NCBI GenBank assembly: GCA_965240325.2
Contig: OZ251252.1
Coordinates: 62,001-126,000 of the forward strand
Origin: Rebecca billardiae RCC1528
Taxonomy: Eukaryota > Protista > Haptophyta
Direction: 5' to 3'
DNA length: 64,000 bases
A model generated the notes under the pieces. It was not told the origin of the DNA, did no database searches, and worked only from the letters and a program-made list of their open reading frames with translations. Position 1 is the first letter of the stretch. The number at the start of each line of letters is the position of its first letter. Both the position numbers and the translations under genes were made by a program. Of this stretch, positions 25,208-35,700 are shown piece after piece.

Positions 25208-25744
25208 TGCCGCGCGGCGGCGCGTGCCCGCGGCCGGGCGCGCGCGGCTGCCCCCGCCCGCGCGCGACCCCGCCGAGCCGCTCAGCCCGGACGCCACCGT
25301 CGCCATCCTCGAGCGCGCCCTTAGCCTTGCGCGCGGGCAGCGGCTGCGCGTGGCGTGGCCGATGCGCGCGGCCGCGGCCGCGCTCGCGGCCGGCGCGGCG
25401 GGCGCGGCGCTGGCGGAGGGCGCGCTGATCGGCGGCGGCGGCGGCGGCGGGGCGGGCGGCGGCGGCGCGTGGGCCGACGCGGCGCGCGCCGCGCGCGTGC
25501 ACGCCTACCTCTGCGTCGGCGCGGCCGCAGTCCCGCCGCTGCTGCTGAGCGTGCAGCCATCGGAGGCGGGCGCGGGCGCGGCGCGCGCGGCCGTGGCCGC
25601 GCTGGCGTGCGCGCTGCTCGCGCTCGGCGGGGCGCGTGGGCGGGACGCGGCGGTGCTCGTGGCGCGCGGCGCGCCCGCAGGCGCGATCGCGCCCGCCGCC
25701 GCGCACACCGCCGCCGCCCTCGCCGCCGCCGCGTGGCTTGCGCT

Positions 25745-25801
<57 letters not shown>

Positions 25802-28800
25802 GCGCGAGCGCGCGCCGCGCCCGCGGCGGCGCGCGAGCGCGCTGCTGCGCGCCGCGTGGCGCGGCTTTGGCGGCTGGGCGCTCGCGCACTTTGGTGCGCG
25901 CGCGCGGCGCGCGGCCCGATCCCCGCGCTCGCGCGCGCTCGCCTGCTCCCACACCGCGCGCCACCCGGCCGCGCCGGTCCGCTGCGGCCGCGCGCGCGCG
26001 CGCTCACGCGCCGCGCCGCGCCGCGCCGCCGCCGCCGCCGCCGCCGCCGCCTCGCGCGCGCGGCCGCAGCGGTGGAGCTGGCGGCGTGCGGCGCGCTGCT
26101 CGTGACGGGCGGCGCGCGTGAGCTGCCCGCCTGGCTCCCCGCCACGCGCTGCCTCGCCGCCGCGCTCGGCATGGCGCTCGGCGCCGCCGCCCTCTCGGCG
26201 CGCGCGCGCGGCGCCGTGCGCGCGTGGCTCTCACGGCCGGCGCGCGGCGCCGACACGGCCGCGGCCGCGATCGCTCCGCTGCTCGGCTTCGGCGCGGCGC
26301 ACGAGTACGAGCCGGCGGCGCTGGTGGCGGAGGGCGTGCGCTCGTTCGCCGGCGTGCCGCTCGACCTCCCCGCCCTCGTCCGCTTCCGCCGCCTCGGCGC
26401 CGCCGCGCGCGCCGCCCGGCGCTCCTCTGACGCCTCCACCGTCTCGGCAGCATGGCTGACGCAGCGGCTGGGCGGCGCCTCGTCCGCGGCGCTGCTCGCG
26501 CTCGGCGGCGGCGCCGCGCCGGCGGCGTCGCGCTCGGCGTCGGGGGCCTCGGGCGGGGCGGGCAGCGGGGCGGCGTGGGCGTGCGCCGCCGCCGCCGCCG
26601 CCGCCGCTGGCTGCGCCAACAGCACCGCGCCGCCGCCCACGCCGTCCGCGCGCGCCGCCGCCGGTGGCTCGGCGCTCGGCTCGGCCGCACCGTCCGGGCC
26701 GCCCTCGGGCCGTGCGAGCCCGGAGCGCAGCGTGAGCCCGTGCGCCACGCCGGAGGAGGCGCCAAGCCCGGAGCTCGAGCGGCCGGACGCGCGCGGCCGC
26801 GCTCTCGGCGCCGTCAGCTTTGCGCCGCCGCCCGCGCGTACGCTGCCCAGCCTGCTGCTCTGCTCGCTGCCGCGCGCGCGCGCGCCCTCGCCGCGCGCGC
26901 GCGCCGCCGCGGCCGAGCCGGGCGGCGGCGGCGCCGGCTGGCGGCAGCACCTGCCGCCAATCAGCCTGGCCGCGGTGGCGCGCGCCGCGCGCGGCAGCCG
27001 CGTGCCGCGCCCGTCCTCGTGCAGCGGCGGCGGCGGCGACGACGCGCAACGCGCAGAGGGCAGTGACGGCAGCCCGAGTCCGGACGGGGCAGCAGCAGCA
27101 GCAGCAGCCGAGGCCGCGGACGACGTGCACCGTGCAGAGGGCAGTGACGGCAGCCCGAGTCCGGACGGGGCAGCAGCAGCAGCAGCAGCCGAGGCCGCGG
27201 ACGACGTGCACCGTGCAGAGGGCAGTGACGGCAGCCCGAGTCCGGACGGGGCAGCAGCAGCAGCAGCAGCCGAGGCCGCGGACGACGTGCACCGTGCAGA
27301 GGGCAGTGACGGCAGCCCGAGTCCGGACGGGGCAGCAGCAGCAGCAGCAGCCGAGGCCGCGGACGACGTGCACCGTGCAGAGGGCAGTGACGGCAGCCCG
27401 AGTCCGGACGGGGCAGCAGCAGCAGCAGCAGCCGAGGCCGCGGACGCCGCTGCGGCTGAGCGCGCAGTCGCAGTGCCCGCCGCCGCCGCCGCCGCCGCCG
27501 CGCGCGGCGCGCGGCCGCGCGGCGCGGGCGCGGACGCGCCCACCACCAGCGGCCCCGTGAGCAGCGGCCCCACGAGCAGCCTCACGTGCAGCGGCCCCGC
27601 CACCAGCCTCACGAGCTCGCAGGCGTCCTCGCAGCGCACCTCCTGCCGGTACGAGCCGGACGCGTCCTGCCGCTGGTACCAGGGGCGAGAGGGAGACCCG
27701 GACACAGCCGCCTGCCCACTGGAGGGCGCCTGCCCGCACGGTTCGGGCTGCTGCGTTGGCTGCGGCTGCTGCGCGGGCGCGGGCTGCGCGCCGCCGCCCG
27801 TGCAGCGGTCGGTGCAGCCGTTGGGTGCGGCGTGCGCGGCCGCATGCGCCGCCGCGGCCGCGAGCGCGGCGGCCGAGGAGGCCGGCGGCGACCGTGGTGA
27901 CGGCGGCGGCGCGGCCGCGCAGACGCCGCCCTCGCCCTCGCTGGCGGGCGCGCGCGCGGCAGGCAAGCGCGCCGCCGCGGACGCCGCGCCCGCCGCGCGG
28001 CGCGCCGCTGCTGACGGCGACGACGACGACGACGGCGCGGCGGCGGGCGCGCGCGCGCTTGGCGGCGAGGCCACCGCCGACGCGGCAGTCGCCGACGGGG
28101 CCGGCGTCACCCTCGCCCCCGCCGCGAGCGCTGCCGCGCTGTGCCCGAGCGGCGGCGCCTCCGCCACCTCGTCCGCACCCTCGTCCCGCCGCGGCTCGTT
28201 CCGCGCCCTGGCGCCCGCGCACGCGGCGGGCGGGCGCGTGGGCGTGCTCAGACTGCCGCCGCCCGACTGTGCAGCCGGCTGCGGCGTCGGCGGTGGCGCC
28301 AACCCACAGCGGGGCGCGGAGGACGAGGCGGCGCCGCCCGACGCGCACCCCGCTGGCGGCGGTCCGGGCGCAGCCGGCGGTCCGGTAGACTACTTTGTGC
28401 TGCACGCCGCGTCGGAGGCGCCCGAGGCGCTGGCGGAGGCGCTAACCGGCTGGACCCGACGCTTCCACGCTGCGCACGGCCGCGCGCCCGTCGTCTGGCT
28501 GCGCGGCCTGTGCCTCGACCCGTCGCTCACGCCCCTCGACCGGCTGGCGCACCTGCCCGTGTACCTCGCGCGCTCCCGCCGGCTGCTCGTCCTCTGGGGC
28601 GAGGGCTTTGCGGACGAGCTCGCTGCGGTGCTCACGCTCGTGCTGTGGGGCGCGCTGGGCGGCGCGCGCGCGGACGTGGAAGTGGTGCCCGTGCTGCCAC
28701 CCGCCGTCCCCGCCACGCCCACGGGCGGCGGCGGCGCAGCAGCAGCCGCCGCCGCCGAGCGTGGCGGCGGCGGGCAGCCCGCGGGGCCGGACGCGGCCGC

Positions 28801-29164
28801 CCCGGCGTCCGCTGCCGCCGCGCGCGCCGCCATCGTCGCGTCGGTCGACACGTTCCACGTGATGTGGGCGCGGCACGCCGGCCACCCGGCGGAGAAGGAG
28901 CGGCTGGTGCACGCGGCCGCGCTCGCCACCGTGAGCCGCGTGAACGAGGCGGTGCGCGCGTACCTGCCCGCCGTGCAGCGCGCACTCGCCGAGCAGCCAG
29001 AAGCCGCCACCGCGCACGCGCACGCGCCGCCGAGCGCGGCCGACGGCGCGCACGCCGATGACGCGCCATGCACGCCGCCGCCGCCGGCTCCGCCCGCGGA
29101 GCGGCCGGCGCGCGCGGACGGCGCCAGTAGTGATGGACGCGTATCGGCGTCGGAAGACGGCTGA
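22528..29164 (+). CDS. Nucleoside hydrolase (IU-NH-like) domain + transmembrane region + C-terminal TIR-like domain; multi-exon
   Basis: Spliced VLITDP|GPDPDDVK, VVAISSLRD, IGVMGG, PDSSQNNAFD, KP|YD (NH-fold motifs); hydrophobic helices at ~25360-26220; C-terminal DYFVLHA...W...F...HGRAPVVWLRGLCLD...LPVYLARSRRLLVLWG. Start codon uncertain. Confidence 0.7.
27053..27447 (+). repeat. 81-bp coding tandem repeat, ~5 identical copies
   Basis: Encodes (AEGSDGSPSPDGAAAAAAAEAADDVHR)x~5 in frame. Confidence 0.95.
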
Positions 29165-29731
29165 TGCAGTCGTGATGAGCGTGTCCTCTGCTGAGCCGAG
29201 CAGCGCGGCTGCACGGGACGCCGCGGCGGCACTGCGGCGGACGCGGCGCGGTCCGGTGCGACGTAATGCTGCCGCATCATAGCAGTCGGACTTAGTCGAA
29301 TAGTCCGCGTCGGCCGTGACTTTATTATATATATATATATATCCTCATCCTCATCCTCATCCAGGCGCCCACGCGGGCGCACGGGGGCGACAGCCGCGGC
29401 TGCCGCTTGCCGGAGCTGCTCGCCGCTAGGTCGGCGGGCGGCGACATCGACTACGACCTCACCCTCATCCAAGTGCTCCGGAAGGCGCTCGGCCGCGGCG
29501 GCATCTGCCGTCGCCGCCGCGTGCCCCAGGCCGAGGCGGTGCTCCATCCCGGCCCCGCTCCCGTAGGGGGGCAGGGCTGCGGGTGGCGCACTGTCTGACC
29601 TGGACGGAAGGCGCGGACGCATTCTATGTAGTATGTGTCTGTTGCACTCTGAGCCTAATGACGCTTGTCCGATGCTGCCACGTCGTTAAATATATATATA
29701 TACTGACGCCTGCCCGTTGCATACCACGTCG

Positions 29732-29733
<2 letters not shown>

Positions 29734-29797
<64 letters not shown>
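29734..29797. repeat. (TA)n microsatellite
   Basis: Pure AT dinucleotide run. Confidence 0.95.
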
Positions 29798-29800
<3 letters not shown>

Positions 29801-29952
29801 ATTACGATTTCGGCCCGGCGTATAATTATATATATATTAATATTATTGATAAGTGCCGCGCGTCAGCAGCAGCAGCTGCCAGTAAGTCTAGCACTCAGTA
29901 AGTGGCGCCGCGCCGCGCATCATTAAGCCGGCTGACCGTGGCTTATATATAT

Positions 29953-31995
29953 CACAGTAAAGAAATCGATTTTCGGCGTTACCGTAACCCGTCCGCACTT
30001 CCGCCCAGTGGGGATGCGGGGGAATTTTTTTCATGCCGCGTTCGCGGCACTTCGCGCCGCCACAGTGGAGAAAGATCGGGCCGAAGCCGTTCGAGCATGG
30101 TCGGTCGTGCGCACGCCCATTCGAATCGATGGCGCGCTCCGAGCGGCGGGCATGCGCGCATGTGTGCCGCGAGGGGGGCTGCGAGGCGTCGGCCGGCTTG
30201 TCAAGGCGGTTCCCCGGGGCGGCGTCACCCTCGCCCGCCCCTCCTCGCCCACCCTCGCCCCACGGGCGGCCACACGTGACCTGTTAAGATGAGGTCACGG
30301 TAGCCGCGCGGCGCGCGCGCGGAGAGGCGAGGAAGTGGTGTTTCGCGGAAAAACGCAACGTCGCATTGTGCTCAACCCATGTGGGCACCCGCTCCACAAG
30401 TTTGCGGTACGCCAAACCGCACACAGCGGCCTGAGCAGCTCCCAGACTGACTTTCGCTCTTGAAGCCTGTTTTTGGGCCAGATCTTGGTGTGGATGTAGC
30501 GCGGCAAGGAGGCGCCGGGCGCGCGCCCGAGCTGCGTGCTGCCACTCGCCATGGCCCATAGGCATCGTCCGTCGCGAACGACCCGGCTCGCCTCGACCTC
30601 TCCGACCCGCCGGGCAGCCACGACCGAGCGCGCAGCCAACGGTGTCCAAACAGAGGCTTCTCAGACCGCGTGGGATGGGCATAGGCGCGAGAGAGGGCGC
30701 CCAGCGCGCTCTTGAGATGCACAGGAGCACGCACTGATGCGTATGGAACCATCCCATCACGATCGCCCCGACCTGGCGCGCCCTATCTGGCCCGTCAGGC
30801 TGCCCGCGCCGCCGCCGCCGCGCCATGCCGCCGCCACGGGCGCCGCCGCACCGCGGGCACGTGGGTAAGTATGTATTCAACAAATACAGAATTTCTGGTG
30901 CGGCCCTCTTTTGGGCGGCAAGGTCGGTCTGGTCGACACCTGCCGCGCGGCATGGGCCACGGCGCGGCGAGGTGGCGGCTGGCGCACCGCGGCGCGGGCG
31001 GGATGGCTCGAGGACACCACCGCCCCGCCTCCCACGCCGCGCCGTGCGCGTGCGCCGTGCTCTCGTCGCGTACCGAATTTCCTGCGGCGAGCGACGCCAC
31101 ACAGCGCGACCATGCCATCGCGCGACGAGTGGCGTTCGGCTCGGCGATTTGTCGTATTTGTTGAATACATGCGGGTACGAATCGACCGCAAGGAGCGGCA
31201 AGGACGCCCTCGACGCACACGTCGAGAGCCACGCGCGCGGCGTGGACTGGCACGCGACGCGGAGATGGCGGGCGCGGTGCCGCGGGTGCGCGACTGGTCT
31301 AGAACAGCACAATGAAGCGTGGGACGGCGCCGCGCGCGTGGGCTCGCTGCCGTCTCCTCGCAGTCGAATATTTCTGTGCACCCTCCTACCAGGTCAGTCG
31401 ACCGACTTGCACGCGGCATGCGAGCACAGCGTGCGGGGAGGAGTGTGACATGGCAGGCTGTGGCGAGGTGGATGGCCGTGCAGGAGTATGCTAGGAAGGG
31501 CCGCTCCCGCGCTCGCGCGGTGCCTCGCGCACGCCTCGTCGAGGACGAGCGTGTTTGAATGGCTCCGGGGAGGCCTGAGACTTCGCTTGTTCACAGCAGC
31601 GCGCGACAGGTGCACACAACGAAGGTGACGACCAGGCACTCCGGCGAGGGCGGCTGTGCTGGCAGCAGACTGCATTTGGAGTAAGATGCGCCATCTTACG
31701 CGCCGCTTCGCCTCGCTGCATCGCCGCACTGAGCAGCAGGGCTCCACGCTCACGAATGGCTCACCACGAGCTACGTGACCGGCCAGCCGCGTGCAACCCG
31801 GCGAGGCAGAGAGGGGCGGAGGGATGGGGAGGCTGGGTGGGATGTTGCAGTCCCATGCCCGGGGCACTCGCCAGGCGCCTGCGCGACCACCGTAGCGTCG
31901 TCTGTGCGCTCGTGCGGCCCGCGCGAGAATTTCCCCGAAAATCGGCTCGTGTCGGACGGGTTACGGTAACGATAATCCCGTTTTTGTTCACTGTG
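29953..31995. mobile_element. Non-autonomous CACAG...CTGTG DNA transposon (CMC/Chapaev/Transib-like ends) in a TA run
   Basis: 43-bp ends: CACAGT-N18-CGTTACCGTAACCCGTCCG at both termini in inverted orientation; ATATAT flanks on both sides. Confidence 0.8.
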
Positions 31996-32544
31996 ATATA
32001 TATATTATATATTACGACTATATACTCTGCTGATGAGGACGCCGCCTCTCCGCGCGGTCCGCGCAGCGGGCTAGCGTGCGGGCGCCTATATAGCGGCGCC
32101 ATGAGCCAGTCACGGACCGAGTCGTGCCGATGATTTATATTCGGCTAGAGCCCGCGCGCGCCCCGGGGGCGGGTCGCCCGACGCCGGTAGCCGGCACTGC
32201 TCAGTGACGTCCGACGCGTCAGGCTGCGCCGCCTGACGCGCGATTGTACAGCGATTTAGCCATATCAAGTACGCTCGGTCCGTCAGTAGGGCCGCCCCGT
32301 AGTACGGGCCGGGCGCGTGCGAATCGACCGGCCACGCGGGCACTCGCCGGAGTCAGGCGCGGGTGCCCGGAGCTGGCGGGCGGTCACCCGCGTGCGGCGG
32401 CTGCGGGCTGGCGCTGCCGGCGGGCGCCCCAGGTCAGCGACGCGCGCATGCTCGCGTTGCTGGCTGGCGAGAGGGAGCGAGGGCATGCAGAAGGCGGGAA
32501 TGATGCGAGAAATAAATAATGCGCGGCGGCGCGGCCGGCAGCCG

Positions 32545-32669
32545 TCACGTGGCGGCGGCGGGCGCGCTCGGCGCGGCAGCGCCGTCCGCGCCGGGCGCCG
32601 CGCCGTTGTGCGCGGTCTGCGCCGCGCGCGGCGCGATCGGCGGCGGCTCGGCCGCCTCGGCGCCGAGCA

Positions 32670-32700
<31 letters not shown>

Positions 32701-35700
32701 CAGCAGCAGCTCGGCGGGCGTGCCCACGGCGGGCGAGGGCGCGCGGTTGAGCCGCGCCACGCCCGCCGCCAGCGTCGCATCCAGCTCGTCCGCGGTGCGC
32801 GCGTACCGCGTGGTGTGGCGCAGGTGCCACAGCAGGACCTGCCGCGCGGCGGCGCGGGCGCGGGCGGGTGGGCGGGTGCGGCGTCAGCCGATCGTGCGTG
32901 GCGGTGCGCGCGCGCACGCACGCGCGCACGGGTGCGCGCGCGCACACGGGCGCGCGGCAGGCGGGGTCCGCCCTATGGCGGGTGGCGCGCTCACCCGCGT
33001 GGCGTAGTGCGCGTGTCTGAGGTCTGAGAACTGCCAGTGCTGCGCCTGGCACTGGCCGAGGAAGACGGCGCGCGAGTCCACCAGCGCGTTGGAGCGGTAC
33101 GGGTACGCGTCGCCGTCCAGACCGGCAGACTCGAGCACCGAGTCCGGCTCGGGCGCCGCGTCGGGCGCGGGCGGCGGCGCGGCGGCGGGCGGCGGCGCCG
33201 CCGCGTCGGCGGCGGCCGGCGGCGCGCCCGCGGGCGCGCCGCCCGCCGCCGCCGCCGGGCTGCCGACGGGCGGCGCCTCCGCCCCGGCGGGCGCGCCTGC
33301 GCCGTCGCCCAGCGGCGCGAGCTCCGCGACCAGAAACTGCTTCCGCTGCTTCTTGAGCTGCTGCCGCACGTCCGCCACCACGCGCATAGACTCCTGCCGT
33401 GCGACCGAGGCCGAGAGGACGAGCGGAGGCGGGGCGTCCACGGCGCACAGCGGCGGCGGGGCGAGGGCGGGCGGCGGCGCCGCCGAGCCGGGCGCGCCGC
33501 CGCCCTGCTCCGCCGCGGGCGCGCCGGCTGCTGCCCCGCCGCCGCCGCCGCCGAGGAGCGGCGGCGGCGCGAGCGGCGGCGGCGCGAGCGGCGGCGGCTC
33601 GGCGCGGCGCTCTGGCCGCGAGGGGCCGGCGGGCGGGCGCGCGGCGCAGAGCGGCGGCGGCCCTGCGCCGTCCGGCTCGGCGGCGGGCGCGGCGCCCGCG
33701 CCCTCCGCGCCGCCGCCCTCCCCGCCCACGCCGCCGCCGCCCCCGCCGCCCGCCGCCGCGCCGCCAGGCTTGGCCCTGCTCACGAGCGCGCGCATCCGCT
33801 CTGGCCAAAAGTCGCCTTCGAACATCGGGAAGGCGCGCACCGACTGCAGCGCGGCCACGTCCTCGTACAGCTCGCGCACGCAGCGCACCACGCCCGCGCG
33901 CGAGCCCTTGGCGAGCATCGCCTCGTACCTGCACGGGGGCGGAGGGGGCGCGCCGGCTGAGAGCGCGCGGCGGGGCGGGGCGGAGGCGCGCGTGCGCGCG
34001 TGGGGCGCGCGCGCGCCGGGCGGGGCCGGGGGCGGGGGCGGCGCGCGCGCGCACCACGCGCGCAGCTTGGCCGCCGCCATCGGCCTCGGGTGCGCGGGGT
34101 CTGCGGGCTTGGCGTGGAAGATGTAGTCGTCGCCCGCCTGGCGAGCGGCGGCGGCCGCGCACAGCGGCAGCGCACGCGGCGGCAGCGCGCGAGCAGTGAG
34201 CGCGCGCGCACGGACCTCCGCCTCCGCCGGGCGCGCAGCGCCGCGCAGCGCGGCGCACCCACCTGCGGCGGCGCCACCCAGATGTGCACCCAGCGGAAGC
34301 CGCGCCCCCGCCCCCAGCGCAGGTACCCGACGAGCAGCGCGTGGTACAGCGCCGTGCGCGCGCCCTCGAGCGGCGTGGCGGCGAGCAGCCGCGTGCTGTC
34401 CAGGTACGACACGTAAATGCGGCGCGTGTTGGGCGCCGGGCAGTCAGCACCGTACTCCTGCAGGTACATGCAGAAGAGCGCCACGTCGCCGCCCAGCTGG
34501 CGCTGGAACGCCATCACGCAGCGCGAGTCGTACGGGAAGCCTGACGGGTACGCGGTGCCGTAGCTGGGTGCACGCGGGCACACGCGGGGGAGCGGCTCAG
34601 GGCGGTTGCGCGTGCCGCGCGCGCACGGCCGCGCGCGCGCGCGCGCGAGCGCTGCCGGCGCGAGCGCGCGCGCGCGCAGCCCCTCACCGCTGCCGCAGAA
34701 AGTCGTGCGGCCGGTAGACCTCGCGCCTGCAGCTGACGACGCGCACGCACAGCGAGCCCTGCAAAGCGATGCCCGCGTCCGCGAGCGCGCGCGCGACGCT
34801 CGCCTGCGCGCGCGGCGCGCGTGGGCGCGGGCGCGCGGCACGGCTCAGGGCGCCGCGCGCGCGCGCCGCGCGCGGCCGGCCGCGGCCGCCCACGCCGCGC
34901 GCCGCGGCGCGTTGGTGCGGCGGCGCACCTCGACGGCGCGGCTGAGCGAGCAGCTCGGCAGGTCGGCCGCGCGCACGGGCTCGGGGCGGGGCAGCGCGCC
35001 GCCCACGTCCGCGCGCTGGCACCGGCCGCACGCGAACGGGATGGACTCGACTGCGCGCGCAGGGGCGGAGGCGGAGGCGGAGGCGGGGGCGCGGGCGCGG
35101 GCGGAGGCGGAGGCGCGGTGTCAGGGCGGAAGGGGGGCGAGCACGCGCGGCTGCGGCTGCGGGGCCCAGCAGGCGTGCGCGCCGCGCGCTTCGCGGGTGC
35201 AGCGGCCGCCGCCGCCGCCGCAGCGCGCACCGGTGGTGTGCAGGTCCGCCAGACTCGAGAAGTAGCCCGCGCACTGCCAGTGGAACCAGCGCGCGCACGG
35301 GCCGTCGCACTGCACCATGTTGTCTACGTCTTGCTGCTCCGACACCGAGTTGAGCTCGCGCTCAAAGTCGGAGGGCTCGAGCGCGAGCTCGGCGCACACG
35401 GCGGGCGCGTGCGCCGCGCCGCGCCGCGCCCAGTCCTCGAAGCAGCGCGCGTGCAGCTTCACGCGCCCCTTGTGCGCGCCGCTGCTGTCCGCGTAGAAGT
35501 GCAGGTTGCGCTTGATGCGCTCGCCGCACGCTGAGCAGTACAGCAAGGGCACGACAAAGGGCAGCTGCTCGTCCTTGCACTCGCCGCAGACGACGCGGAG
35601 GCACGAGGGATCGACGCTCTCCACAGGCCCCGCCGAGTCCGCCGCGTCCACGCCGCCGCCGTCCGCGCCCGCCGCGCCGCCGCCGCCGCCGCCGCCGGCC

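Noticed and set aside
25321-28405. Long antisense ORFs (993 and 724 aa)
   Set aside because: Shadow frames of the GC-rich plus-strand gene.
29360-29600. Short protein-like fragment between TA runs (DIDYDLTLIQVLRKAL)
   Set aside because: No ATG, splice context or recognisable family.
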